From Pseudomonadota bacterium (lineage in GTDB: Bacteria; Desulfobacterota; Desulfobacteria; Desulfobacterales; JBDRRP01): a DNA stretch of 64,000 nucleotides. A model generated the notes under the pieces. That model searched no databases. It was not told where the DNA came from and worked only from the letters and a program-made list of their open reading frames with translations. The position numbers were made by a program, and so were the translations under genes. The DNA lies in contig JBDRRP010000155.1 of assembly GCA_043825735.1 (NCBI GenBank), positions 1 through 64,000 on the forward strand. Reading direction: 5' to 3'. Within the stretch, counting starts at the first letter, position 1; each line of letters begins with the position of its first letter. Positions 27,265 to 37,096 of the stretch are shown here, piece after piece.

Positions 27265-28273
27265 AAACTGGATCGAATCCAACACGTTTCATCATTCCGA
27301 ATTTAAGGATCTCAATCGCCTGGTGGACGCCAAACACCGGAAAAACGTATCCATCTCCTTGTGCCTGCCCACGCTGAACGAGGAAAAGACCATTGCCAAA
27401 GAAATTGTCATCATGCGATCGGAACTGATGATGCGCTACCCGCTCTTAGACGAGATCGTGGTCATCGATTCCGGATCGACGGACAATACCCGTCAGATTG
27501 CCCGGTCCTACAATGTTACCGTACACAAGGCGGATGACATCCTGCCGCATTTGGAAAAATTCAAAGGAAAAGGGGAAAACCTGTGGAAGGCGCTTTTTGT
27601 GACCCGGGGAGACATCATCATCTATATCGACGCGGACATAAAAAACATTCACCATCGTTTTGCCTACGGGCTGCTGGGGCCGTTGCTGCTTTCAGATCAC
27701 ATCCGCTTTACCAAAGCCTTTTACGACCGCCCCATTTCGCTGGGAGACAACAAGTTGCGACCGACCGGCGGCGGCCGGGTCACGGAACTGGTGACACGGC
27801 CGCTGTTTTCGATGTTCATGCCGGATTTGACCCAGTTTCTACAGCCGCTTTCCGGTGAATACGCGGGCTATCGCAGCATTTTCGAAAACATTCCCTTTCA
27901 CATCGGTTACGGGGTGGAGACCGGCATGCTGATCGATATCCATGAAAAATGGGGTCTCGACGTCATGGCCCAGGTCGATCTTGACCGGCGGGTACATAAA
28001 AACCAGGATACCAAGGCGCTGGGACGCATGGCATTCGTAATCATGACAACCTTTCTGGACCGTGTCCAGAAGCTCAACCGGATGAACATCAAGCAGGAAA
28101 TCTTCAACGAGATGATCCAGTACAGCCTGGTAGGGGGCACCCTTCGCGCTGAAAAGCATCTGCTGGAGCAGCGCGAGCGGCCGCCGATCATTCAGATTCC
28201 TGAATATTTCACCAATGGCTCAGCCTCGAAAAGGCCATGTCACACAGCTACTCGACCACCACGTCGTAGGTAG
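27257..28273 (+). CDS. gpgS: Glucosyl-3-phosphoglycerate synthase
   Basis: LPTLNEE, DSGSTD, GKGENLWK, YIDAD, GGGRVTELV.RP, QPLSGEYA, GYGVE, H.NQ..ALG.MA. Confidence 0.9.
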   Translation: MNKNWIESNTFHHSEFKDLNRLVDAKHRKNVSISLCLPTLNEEKTIAKEIVIMRSELMMRYPLLDEIVVIDSGSTDNTRQIARSYNVTVHKADDILPHLEKFKGKGENLWKALFVTRGDIIIYIDADIKNIHHRFAYGLLGPLLLSDHIRFTKAFYDRPISLGDNKLRPTGGGRVTELVTRPLFSMFMPDLTQFLQPLSGEYAGYRSIFENIPFHIGYGVETGMLIDIHEKWGLDVMAQVDLDRRVHKNQDTKALGRMAFVIMTTFLDRVQKLNRMNIKQEIFNEMIQYSLVGGTLRAEKHLLEQRERPPIIQIPEYFTNGSASKRPCHTATRPPRRR

Positions 28274-28637
28274 CGCTCTGCGCCGGCGGCCTGTCGGTCT
28301 CCCACGGCCGGCGACAATCGAACCGCAGTGTCGCCTGACCGGATTTCACAGCGATAAAGTGGAAGCGCTCTCTGCCGCCGGACCCAAGAAGCTGTGGCGC
28401 CTTCGGCGTGTACGCCGACCCATTCGCTGCGATGACGCCTTCCGGCGTGAGCTGGAAAGACCAAGTGTAGCCCGTGCTCGGGTTGCTCGCCAGGTCAACG
28501 ACGAGCTCCTGAGCGACTGCCAGCTTGATCTGGTGACCGGCGTCGTTCTCGCCAACCTGCACGGAATCCGCGTCGCACCCGGCCGAGCAGACTGCCAGGC
28601 ACAACACTAAGGCCATCTTCTTCATCATAGCGGACAT
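28248..28637 (-). CDS. Chagasin/I42-family cysteine protease inhibitor lipoprotein
   Basis: Lipobox-like SAGC; LASNPSTGYTW, GSGG and RPWE motifs. Confidence 0.8.
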   Translation of the reverse strand: MSAMMKKMALVLCLAVCSAGCDADSVQVGENDAGHQIKLAVAQELVVDLASNPSTGYTWSFQLTPEGVIAANGSAYTPKAPQLLGSGGRERFHFIAVKSGQATLRFDCRRPWETDRPPAQSATYDVVVE

Positions 28638-28720
28638 GTGTATCGATCCTCATCGTTTTGATATCTTTGTGGCAGGGCGCTATTTGCCATCCCTGCCAAT
28701 TTTCCCGAATCGCATACGAT

Positions 28721-28913
28721 TTATAAGAGGTGCCAAGGCGAATCTGTGCAAAGAGGCAACAATACCCGAAAGGTGCTTCCGAGATCTTTCGCGCTCTCCA
28801 CACTTATCGCTCCATCCCATGACTTCACGATCCCCAATACCACTGGCAGGCCCAGCCCCCGCCCGGTGAATTTAGTAGTAAAAAATGGGTCGAAAAGCCT
28901 GTCCATATCCTCA
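28721..28913 (-). pseudogene. Remnant of a histidine kinase HATPase C-terminus
   Basis: EDMDRLFDPFFTTKFTGRGLGL.VV.GIVK...GAISVES....GSTFRVLLP with no upstream kinase body. The preceding sequence is another gene. Confidence 0.75.
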
Positions 28914-30467
28914 GCTGTCCAGATATTTACAACAGGCAACCGCTGATAAGATCCCATCGATAGCCGCAGAGACAATTCCCCCGGCATAGCCTGCGCCCTC
29001 TCCACAGGGAAACAACCCCGCAATCTGCGGATGCTGTAGGGACCTCATGTCCCGAGGAATGCGCACCGGGGAGGAGGTTCTGGATTCCGGAGCATGCAAC
29101 ACCGCTTCGGCAGTGTAATATCCATGACTTTTCCTTCCAAACGCTCGCAGCCCCTTTGTTAAGGCCTCTGATATATTGGCTGGAAATAACTCAAAAAGGC
29201 TGGAGCTCTTTACCCCGGGCGGATAGGATGTTTTAGGCAGTTGGGCCGATATCCGCCCTTCACAAAAATCGGTCATTCGTTGCGCGGGAACCACCTGGGT
29301 TTCGCCACCCGCCAACCAGCATCTTTCCTCCACCGCCCTTTGATATTCCAGCGCCCGCAATTCACCATGTTGTGAGAAGTTGATAAAATCTTCCATCTTT
29401 AACTCAACGACGATGCCCGCGTTGGCGAAACGGCCGCTTCGGCCGGAGGCGGACCACCCATTGGTGACAACCTGCCTTTCCCCTGTGGCACAAGGTGCAA
29501 TCACCCCCCCGGGACACATACAAAACGAATAGACTCCGCGGCCGCCTATCTGCTGGACAAAGCGATAGGCAGCGGGAGGTAAATAGGGCCCTCTTTCTTT
29601 GACATGGTACTGAATTTGGTCGATCAAGCTTTGGGGGTGTTCGATGCGCACCCCGATGGCAAAAGGTTTTGCCTCGATTAAAATCTTCTGTCGAGACAGG
29701 GTTTCATAGATGTCTCTGGCAGAATGTCCCGTTGCAAGGATCACGGCCTTTCCATGAAAGGCGTCGCCTTCCGACACACGAAGGCCCTTCATTCCGGAAG
29801 CGTCATGGAGAAAATGATTGACTTTTTTTCCGAGGTGGATTTCTCCACCGTGATTTAAAATACAGGTTTTTATTGCAGTGATGATCGCGGGCAGTTTATT
29901 ACTGCCTACATGTGGATGAGCGTCTATCAAGATATCTTCGCTGGCTCCAAATCGGACCAGCGTATTTAATACCTCATTCCTATCTCCCCTTTTTTTTGAT
30001 CGGGTGTAGAGTTTCCCATCGCTATAAGTACCGGCGCCGCCTTCACCAAAACAATAGTTGCTATCGGGGTTGACGATATGTTGAGTATTGATGGCCTTGA
30101 TATCTTTGATTCGCTCTTTGACATTTTTTCCCCGCTCCAGCACCACGGGTTTTTTCCCAAGCTCAAGACATTTTAAAGCGGCAAATAATCCCGCAGGACC
30201 CGCGCCAACGATAATTACTTCTTTTTCGTGTGATACATCTCGGTATTTTATCGATGCCTCATTTTTAGGAAGGTCCTCCTCTGCGGTAAAAATCTCCAAT
30301 TGAAGGTTGATTTTAATATTCTTCTGCCTGGCGTCAATGGATCGTTTTTTAAGTTGTATATGGAAAATATCAGCGGGGCCGAGGCCGAGTTTTTTGGAAA
30401 CGTGCTTTTTTAAGGCCTTGGGTTCCCCGGCTATTTCAGGAGGTAATTGCAATTGGATGATCTTCAT
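28911..30467 (-). CDS. FAD/NAD(P)-dependent oxidoreductase (COG2509-like)
   Basis: IVGAGPAGLFAA, FGEGGAGTYSDGKL, YSFCMCPGG, ESRTSSPVRI, GEGAGYAGGI. Confidence 0.9.
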   Translation of the reverse strand: MKIIQLQLPPEIAGEPKALKKHVSKKLGLGPADIFHIQLKKRSIDARQKNIKINLQLEIFTAEEDLPKNEASIKYRDVSHEKEVIIVGAGPAGLFAALKCLELGKKPVVLERGKNVKERIKDIKAINTQHIVNPDSNYCFGEGGAGTYSDGKLYTRSKKRGDRNEVLNTLVRFGASEDILIDAHPHVGSNKLPAIITAIKTCILNHGGEIHLGKKVNHFLHDASGMKGLRVSEGDAFHGKAVILATGHSARDIYETLSRQKILIEAKPFAIGVRIEHPQSLIDQIQYHVKERGPYLPPAAYRFVQQIGGRGVYSFCMCPGGVIAPCATGERQVVTNGWSASGRSGRFANAGIVVELKMEDFINFSQHGELRALEYQRAVEERCWLAGGETQVVPAQRMTDFCEGRISAQLPKTSYPPGVKSSSLFELFPANISEALTKGLRAFGRKSHGYYTAEAVLHAPESRTSSPVRIPRDMRSLQHPQIAGLFPCGEGAGYAGGIVSAAIDGILSAVACCKYLDS

Positions 30468-30763
30468 TTAACAACCACCGCCATTATGATGTCCGGAACT
30501 GATTTTGAGGGGGGGTACTGCTCGGAGCGTACAGTTGGCACTGAATGGTGTCAATCGAAAGTCCGACGATTCGGGTGCATTGGCGATGCTGGAGGATCCA
30601 TTTACAGGTACACCCCGCACCCTACACGATTGACTGACCGCCGGTGCCCATATAGAATGCCGCGATGAACGCTTCGGTGCAATGACGCGTTTTTGGTTCA
30701 ATCAGCGTTGGCTCACTCTCTGAAGAATCCGGAATAAATACAACCGATCGCTTCCAAGAAAGC

Positions 30764-32107
30764 ATGCCGCCAACGGAGAATGGGATGTCGGTTTCGATTT
30801 TCAAAAAGAAAGCAACCGCTTTTCTCCTAATTCTTGCCGGGGTTCTTGTTTTTTTGGCTTTCGCGCCGGGTGCCGCCGACATCCTGCGCTGGATCCGGCC
30901 GCTGTTTCTGTTTGTCGATCCCCAGCAACGTCCCCTGCCGCCCGCCACCGTGGCCTGGCCTTTTCGAACGAGCCTGGCGGTCAAGGAAATGGCCAGGTCC
31001 ATGACCTTCCGGTTGTCGCCGTTCCTGCCGATTCTCAGAGACACCCTGGGGGCCCGGGACCCGGCCCACAGAAGCCTGGCCGCTGAGCAACTGGGGCTCC
31101 TGGGGCCGGATGCAGCAGCAGCGGCGCCCGATCTGATCAAAACATTAAAAGACCCCGGGCAAAGGGTGCGTGCGGCGGCGGCCGCTGCCCTGGGAATGAT
31201 TGCGGCGCCCGAACCGCAAATATTGCCGCAGTTGCTGGGAATGCTGAACGATCCGGATTCGGATGTCCGATGTGCGGCCATGACCGCGCTGGGACGTTTC
31301 GGGTATAGGGCGTCCCCCGCGGTCCCTTTGCTGATCGAGGCACTGAAAGCAGATGACCAGAAGATCGGTACGGCGGCCCGCGATGCCCTTTCGCGCATCG
31401 GTCCTCCGGCCGCCGCGGCACTGAAGGCCGAACTTGAATCAGGGAATCTGGAAAAAAGCGCGCGCATTCGTGAAGCGTTTTTGATGGTGCAATTCGAAGC
31501 GGACCACCCCAGTACCGACGCCGGGTACATCAGTCCCGCTGAAACGGGCCTGCTCATGGCCACGGAGCAGGGCGATCTTGAGACGGCAAGGCAGTTGCTC
31601 AAAATCGGTGTTCTCCCCAACGCCGTCGGCGTCGGCGGCCTGACGGCCCTTTTCATGGCCGCTTCCCAAGGTCAAGCGCGCATGGCAACGCTTCTCCTTG
31701 AACACGGTGCCGACCCCAATATCAAGACCTCGGCTGACGGCACCCCGCTTCACATCAGTGCGCGGAAAGGTCATACCGCAGTGGTTGCCCTTTTGCTCGA
31801 GCACGGCGCCGATCCGAACATCCGCACCCGCTTCGGATGGACCCCGCTGATGCGCGCCGTTGATCGCGACGATCTGGCCAGCATCAAGCGGCTGCTCGAC
31901 CATGGGGCCGATGTGAACTTGAAAAACTACGATGGAAAATCCGCCCTGGCATACGCCCGTATCCGCAACCGCGAAGTTGTTGCATCCCTTCTCAAGTCCC
32001 ACGGCGCCATCGATTTTGAGGCCCTGGCCAAGGCCCGGCAGCAGGCCCAAAAAAAAGCCGTCGAACAGCAGCAGAAAAAAGCGGCGATCGAAAGGCTGGA
32101 CCCATAG
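30764..32107 (+). CDS. HEAT-repeat plus ankyrin-repeat protein with N-terminal signal/TM segment
   Basis: HEAT units L.DP...VR.AAA.ALG; ankyrin units TPLH.SA.KGH..VV.LLLEHGADPN. Confidence 0.85.
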   Translation: MPPTENGMSVSIFKKKATAFLLILAGVLVFLAFAPGAADILRWIRPLFLFVDPQQRPLPPATVAWPFRTSLAVKEMARSMTFRLSPFLPILRDTLGARDPAHRSLAAEQLGLLGPDAAAAAPDLIKTLKDPGQRVRAAAAAALGMIAAPEPQILPQLLGMLNDPDSDVRCAAMTALGRFGYRASPAVPLLIEALKADDQKIGTAARDALSRIGPPAAAALKAELESGNLEKSARIREAFLMVQFEADHPSTDAGYISPAETGLLMATEQGDLETARQLLKIGVLPNAVGVGGLTALFMAASQGQARMATLLLEHGADPNIKTSADGTPLHISARKGHTAVVALLLEHGADPNIRTRFGWTPLMRAVDRDDLASIKRLLDHGADVNLKNYDGKSALAYARIRNREVVASLLKSHGAIDFEALAKARQQAQKKAVEQQQKKAAIERLDP

Positions 32108-32359
32108 GGGCGGGATGCGGCTTTTTTAGAGGCGCTCAAGCGACGCAAGCTTGCCGACATGGCGGCCCTGCTGGAGATCGGGGCGGCCATCGAGGCCCGC
32201 AATGACAAATCCGCCCCCTGATCTTGGCAAAATTCTTGTTGACGCAACGAAGGAATAATGGATAACAATTCACACCTTTAGGGTCTGTGGCACCCACGGA
32301 TATTGAGGTCTGGCAGCAGTTATCCAAGATCTGCTGATGCAACGCGCGTTAGCGGATTT

Positions 32360-34033
32360 CTAGAAACCCGGCATGAAGCGGTCGAAGATCTCGTGATCCA
32401 CCTTGCGCCGGGGCGGCGGCGCGATGAGCCGGGCGCGCAGACGCTCCATATAGTCCGTGTCGAATTCCGCGGGGCGCACCCGGTCGGGGTGCTTTTCCAC
32501 GACCCGGATCAACGCCGCCACGACGTCCGGGTCGAATCCTTTGCCGGCCTCGTGTCGCAGTTGACTCAGCGCATCGTCCAGCTTCAACCGCGGCATTTTG
32601 GGTCTTCCCGAGATCATGGTGTCGAAGGCGTCGCAGGCGGCCAGGATTCTGGCCGCCTGCGGTATCCGGTCGCCGCTCAGCCCCTCGGGATAGCCGGAGC
32701 CGTCGTAGCGTTCGTGGTGGTAGAGAATCAGCGGGGCGATGTCGGCCATGAAGGAAAGGCGGCGCACGATCCGCTCGCCGATGACCGGATGCAATTTGAT
32801 GATCTCGTGCTCCTTGGTGTTGAGCCGCCCGAGCCGGTTGAGAGTGCGGCCGGCAATGCCGATTTTACCGATGTCGTGCAGGAGTCCTGCCTGATGCACC
32901 TGCTCGGCGGCCAGCGCGGGCAGCCCCATCTCCAGGGCGGTCTGCCGGGCGTATTCGGCCACCTTCATCGAGTGACCGTGCGTGGTGGTATCCTTGGCTT
33001 CGATAGCTAAAACGAGGGTCTCGACGGTTTCCCGAAAGGCCTGGAGCATGTGTTCATCATAGCTGAGGGCTTTTTGAAGCGCGATCGCCCCCTGCTCGCC
33101 CAGCGCCACGAGAAAATCGACTTCGGTGTGCACCAATTGCCGCTGGCTGCCGAAATAGACGGCCAGGACCCCGGCATACGGAGCCGCAATGTCGAAGGGA
33201 ACGCCGAAAATACTCGCCACGCGGCGTTTTCCCAGCCGCTCAAGATCCGGAATCCGTTCATCGGTGCGGGCATCGGCGATATGAACGATCTGCCGCTCAC
33301 TGATGCGAAACAACCGGTCCAGCGTCTGAAAGTCGGCACCGGCAAGACTGTTGTAGGCAAATCCGTGTGCCACGGAGGTCTGAATGCGTTTTTTGTCTTC
33401 ATCCACGATCCAGTAGATGCACCCCTTGGCCCCCATGATCTCGGTAATATGGCCGGCAATGCTTTCCAGAATTTCTGCCACCCCCAGGCCCGAATGGATG
33501 GCGGTGCTCACGGCCCGAAAAGTTTCAAAGTACTGCCGGTGCAGGATGGAATGACGAATGGCCAAAGCCCCCTGCCCGGCCAGGACATTGATCATGGCGA
33601 TTTCGTCGTCGTCCAGGGAGACGGGCTCTTCGAAATACAGGCGCAGCTCCATCTGCACATCCCCTAAAATCTCCACGGGAAAGGACATGAACATGCGGAT
33701 GCCTTCCCGGCGCGCCGCATCGGGGTATTGCACCCGCGGATCGCTCCAGGCATCGGTGATGACCACCGGACCGCTGGCCACCACCCCGGACGCTGGACCG
33801 TTGGACCACACCGCGCCTTTGGCCAGGTATTCCTGGCTCAGACCGGCGGCAGCGCGAAGTACCAGTTCACGGGTGGCAGGATCTCGGACACGAAGGGCAC
33901 AGCCCCTGGCGTCGAAGGCATCGCGCAGATGGCGTACGATCAGGGCCAGCACCGCATCGGTGTCGGCCGTGCGGTGGGTGGCCTGCAGGATATCGGTAAG
34001 AATCTGGAAGTACTGCCGAGTGGATAGACGCAT
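32360..34033 (-). CDS. GAF-domain HD-GYP phosphodiesterase
   Basis: Tandem GAF-like regions; AIEAKD..T.GHS, LLHDIGK, HHERYDGSGYP. Confidence 0.88.
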   Translation of the reverse strand: MRLSTRQYFQILTDILQATHRTADTDAVLALIVRHLRDAFDARGCALRVRDPATRELVLRAAAGLSQEYLAKGAVWSNGPASGVVASGPVVITDAWSDPRVQYPDAARREGIRMFMSFPVEILGDVQMELRLYFEEPVSLDDDEIAMINVLAGQGALAIRHSILHRQYFETFRAVSTAIHSGLGVAEILESIAGHITEIMGAKGCIYWIVDEDKKRIQTSVAHGFAYNSLAGADFQTLDRLFRISERQIVHIADARTDERIPDLERLGKRRVASIFGVPFDIAAPYAGVLAVYFGSQRQLVHTEVDFLVALGEQGAIALQKALSYDEHMLQAFRETVETLVLAIEAKDTTTHGHSMKVAEYARQTALEMGLPALAAEQVHQAGLLHDIGKIGIAGRTLNRLGRLNTKEHEIIKLHPVIGERIVRRLSFMADIAPLILYHHERYDGSGYPEGLSGDRIPQAARILAACDAFDTMISGRPKMPRLKLDDALSQLRHEAGKGFDPDVVAALIRVVEKHPDRVRPAEFDTDYMERLRARLIAPPPRRKVDHEIFDRFMPGF

Positions 34034-34254
34034 GATCGGTTGCCGTCAGAAGACTGTTGTCCAATGGCCGCCGGTGAGTGCACGGTCCTGGGACCACGGG
34101 TTGTCACGGCAGCATCGGGTTCATGGTGGTGCTGCCGTGAATCACATCACCGCTAAGGCTCATTGCTGGAATTTCATGTCCACCGAGGCTTCCGGAAACG
34201 AAAAACGCTGGGCCGGTGATGATGACGGCCGTCACCACTGGCTTTTCTAATACA

Positions 34255-34812
34255 TCAGATCCACAGGTAAAGAAAGCATCCGATATATGTCAGCGTGGCA
34301 ATCACGGCTGCGGTCATTTTCGCATGGGACAAGCCACTGGCCGCCTGAACGGCCGCATACTGCACCGCCGCCCCCCAGGCACCGGCCATGAAAACCGCCG
34401 CCACCAGATACGCGCCGCCCAACCCCACCTGAACACAGGCCACCGCCGGCGCCACGGGCCACAACGCGATGCCGGCAACGCCCATGTTCAAATAATACGG
34501 GGTCAGCCGCGAACGGCCGCCGAGACCGCGACAAAAAACCCAAACGAAAAGCGCCGAAGCGCCGTGCAGCAGATAAACCGCCAGCACCCCCACGACAGTC
34601 ACGGCCAATGGGCTGAAACGCGCGCCCGCACTGCCGGCCGACAGTCGCGCCAGCACGACCTGGCTCAGACCGGCGCTGGCTACGCCGTAGATCAGGCCGA
34701 GCACCGTGAGGTTGACGATAAACAGAACAAAAATTCGCCGGTGCTCGGTCATCTCTCCGTAGACATCACCATCACGGGCGGCGACCCGCCGCATCACCTG
34801 CCAATAATACAT
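34255..34812 (-). CDS. Yip1-like integral membrane protein
   Basis: About 5 hydrophobic helices. AAGGAAAGG RBS before the ATG at 34812. Confidence 0.6.
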   Translation of the reverse strand: MYYWQVMRRVAARDGDVYGEMTEHRRIFVLFIVNLTVLGLIYGVASAGLSQVVLARLSAGSAGARFSPLAVTVVGVLAVYLLHGASALFVWVFCRGLGGRSRLTPYYLNMGVAGIALWPVAPAVACVQVGLGGAYLVAAVFMAGAWGAAVQYAAVQAASGLSHAKMTAAVIATLTYIGCFLYLWI

Positions 34813-34931
34813 GAAACCTTTCCTTGTCTGCCGGTTGGCGGGAAAGCCCACCGTATGGATGCACTGCCATTCGGCTGTGTCGGTCATTGCTCTGATCCCC
34901 TATCAATTATCAACGCACGATGTCCATTTTT

Positions 34932-34962
34932 AAAAAAAGGGGAGGCCGAAGGCCTCCCCTTT
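34932..34962 (-). terminator. Rho-independent terminator of the symporter operon
   Basis: Minus strand AAAGGGGAGGCC-TTC-GGCCTCCCC-T7. Confidence 0.85.
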
Positions 34963-35052
34963 CTGCTGCTGCCGATGCCGCGGTCACGATGAATAATTCT
35001 CGGCTCCTACCCCTCAAGTTATCAATAGTGTGCGGCGCCGGCAGCAAATCGT

Positions 35053-36687
35053 TTACCAGGGCACCAAACCCCAGCAGAATACCGCGATACAAACGCCCAC
35101 CGTAATGAGCGGCATCAACATGCTGCCGTAGCGGGTTTCCACGTAGTTTTCACCCCAGCCGTGAATCCGGTCCACCACCTTGCGATCCTCGAGTGTGGGG
35201 GCGAACGATGCCAGGGCCGCAACCCGGTTGAACACCAGAGACAGAACAATGAACATGGCAAAACTGAGCGGAACGGTGACCATGCCACCGGACATGCCCA
35301 GTGCGGCCACCAGCCCTTTGCCCACGCAGATGCTCGGAATCACATGGGGGGAGATCACGATGTAGATGACGCCGCAGACCAGAGATGAGACGATCAGGGC
35401 CAACTTGTTGGCCTCCTTCCACCACACCCCCATGAGAATGCCCGGTGTGGCCGTGGTGGCCAAAAGGCCAAAGGCCCACAGGATGCTGGTCACCAGGAAC
35501 TTGGGTGGTTTGAAGGCCAGCAGGATAGCGATGATCCCGCCCAGGGCCAGTGCCAGATACCCCCAGCGCATTTTCTGCTTGGTCTGCATCTGCGGGGCGA
35601 GAATGCCCAGAAGGTCATTGCCCACCAGGCCTGCGATGGCCATAAGGTTGCCGCCGATGGTCGACAGACCGGCCGCCAAAGCGCCGCCCATGACGAAGGC
35701 GGCCACCAGGGTCGGGTTGTAGAAAACGTTCAGGATCAGGATCGTCTGGTCCGGCTTGGCAATAACACGCCCCGTGGAAGCGGTGAAGTAGTTGCCCGCA
35801 AAACCGGCCACGTACGTCCCGGTGAAGAGCAGTCCCAGAAACATGACGAACCACACAACGGCCCACCGGGCGCTTTTGACGCTGGAAGAAGTGAACACCC
35901 GCATGGCCAGATGCGGCAGGGCGATGGGCCCCAGCGTGAAGGCCGGAATGAGGGCGAAATACCAGCGGAAATCATATTTCATGTCAAAGAAGGTGGGAAT
36001 CGCTTTGATCATGTCGGGCACCATGTCGCCGTAGGCCAGGGGCGGAAACCACCAGCCCGAGGAGCCCATGGCCTTCATGATGGCGCCCATGGGCACGATC
36101 ATGGCGATGGTCATGACGATCATCTGGAAGGCGGCGTTATAGGACGCCCCGTACATGCCGCCGATGGTGATAAAGCCCACGGTGGCCAGCCCGGCAACGA
36201 TGAGGGCCGTGTTGTAGGGCACGCCGAAGAGCAACTCGAAGGCGCGGCCCAGGCCGATCATCTGCCCGAGGGCATACATGACCATAATCAGCACCATCCA
36301 GCACACGATGACGATGGTGGCTTCCTTGCCGTAGCGGGCCTTGATGAACGTGGCCGGGGTGAACGCCTTCATCCGCCGCAGACTGGTGCCGTAGAGCAGC
36401 GTCAGAAGCGGAATGGAGATCGCCCACTGGATCCACAGGTAGACGAACGGCACCTGCAGCTTGAGGATCAGTGCGATGACCCCCATGAAAGTGGCCAGAC
36501 TGGCCCAGGTGGCCGCCATGCCCAGGCCGTTGGTGACCGGTCCGATGGAAAAGCCGGCCGCATAGAAATCATCTTCGCTGACCGTCTTTCGGCTGGCCCA
36601 GTACCCCACGTAATAAAACACCGCAAACAGGGCGGCGACCACCCCGATGCCCATCCAGATATTTCCCAGAGCGTATTCAGCTGGCAT
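35053..36687 (-). CDS. Sodium:solute symporter (ActP-like monocarboxylate permease)
   Basis: NGLGMAATWASLATF, GGMYGA, ALPHLAMRVFT, AAGLST; many TM helices. Confidence 0.85.
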   Translation of the reverse strand: MPAEYALGNIWMGIGVVAALFAVFYYVGYWASRKTVSEDDFYAAGFSIGPVTNGLGMAATWASLATFMGVIALILKLQVPFVYLWIQWAISIPLLTLLYGTSLRRMKAFTPATFIKARYGKEATIVIVCWMVLIMVMYALGQMIGLGRAFELLFGVPYNTALIVAGLATVGFITIGGMYGASYNAAFQMIVMTIAMIVPMGAIMKAMGSSGWWFPPLAYGDMVPDMIKAIPTFFDMKYDFRWYFALIPAFTLGPIALPHLAMRVFTSSSVKSARWAVVWFVMFLGLLFTGTYVAGFAGNYFTASTGRVIAKPDQTILILNVFYNPTLVAAFVMGGALAAGLSTIGGNLMAIAGLVGNDLLGILAPQMQTKQKMRWGYLALALGGIIAILLAFKPPKFLVTSILWAFGLLATTATPGILMGVWWKEANKLALIVSSLVCGVIYIVISPHVIPSICVGKGLVAALGMSGGMVTVPLSFAMFIVLSLVFNRVAALASFAPTLEDRKVVDRIHGWGENYVETRYGSMLMPLITVGVCIAVFCWGLVPW

Positions 36688-36695
36688 ACTTCCCC

Positions 36696-36980
36696 CTATT
36701 CGTCGGATACGGTTATCTTGTCTGCGTCTTGGCTGTCAGCCAGCTCCGCCATTTCATCGTCGAACCGGTTGCACACGATGGCCATGACGATGCACACCAC
36801 CGCCAGCCCGACCCACCCCAGAAGGATCGGTACGATGTACTGCACCGGAAACCCCCACATGGTACCCGACTGAAGACCCGGGAACAAAACGAACACCGAC
36901 GCCGAATGTCCCATGAGCATCAGCAGCGCGGCAAAGATGATCGTTATCCGGATCTCCTTCTTGTAGAGCTTCTCCCTCAT
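36696..36980 (-). CDS. Small membrane subunit associated with a solute:sodium symporter
   Basis: 94 aa, two TM segments, WGFPVQY. Directly upstream of the symporter gene. Confidence 0.7.
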   Translation of the reverse strand: MREKLYKKEIRITIIFAALLMLMGHSASVFVLFPGLQSGTMWGFPVQYIVPILLGWVGLAVVCIVMAIVCNRFDDEMAELADSQDADKITVSDE

Positions 36981-37071
36981 CTCACACCCTCCCTCTCCAA
37001 AGTTTTATTATCCCCTCAAGCGGCGGCCCTCCCGCGGAGCGCCGCCGCTTCTCAACAAATTGTCAAGGTTT

Positions 37072-37096
37072 AAAGATGCCGCTTGTGGACGGACAC
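37072..37096 (-). repeat. End of GTGTCC MITE-like family at a stop codon
   Basis: AAAGATGCCGCTTGTGGACGGACAC adjoins the TAG of the acyl-CoA synthetase gene. Confidence 0.65.
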
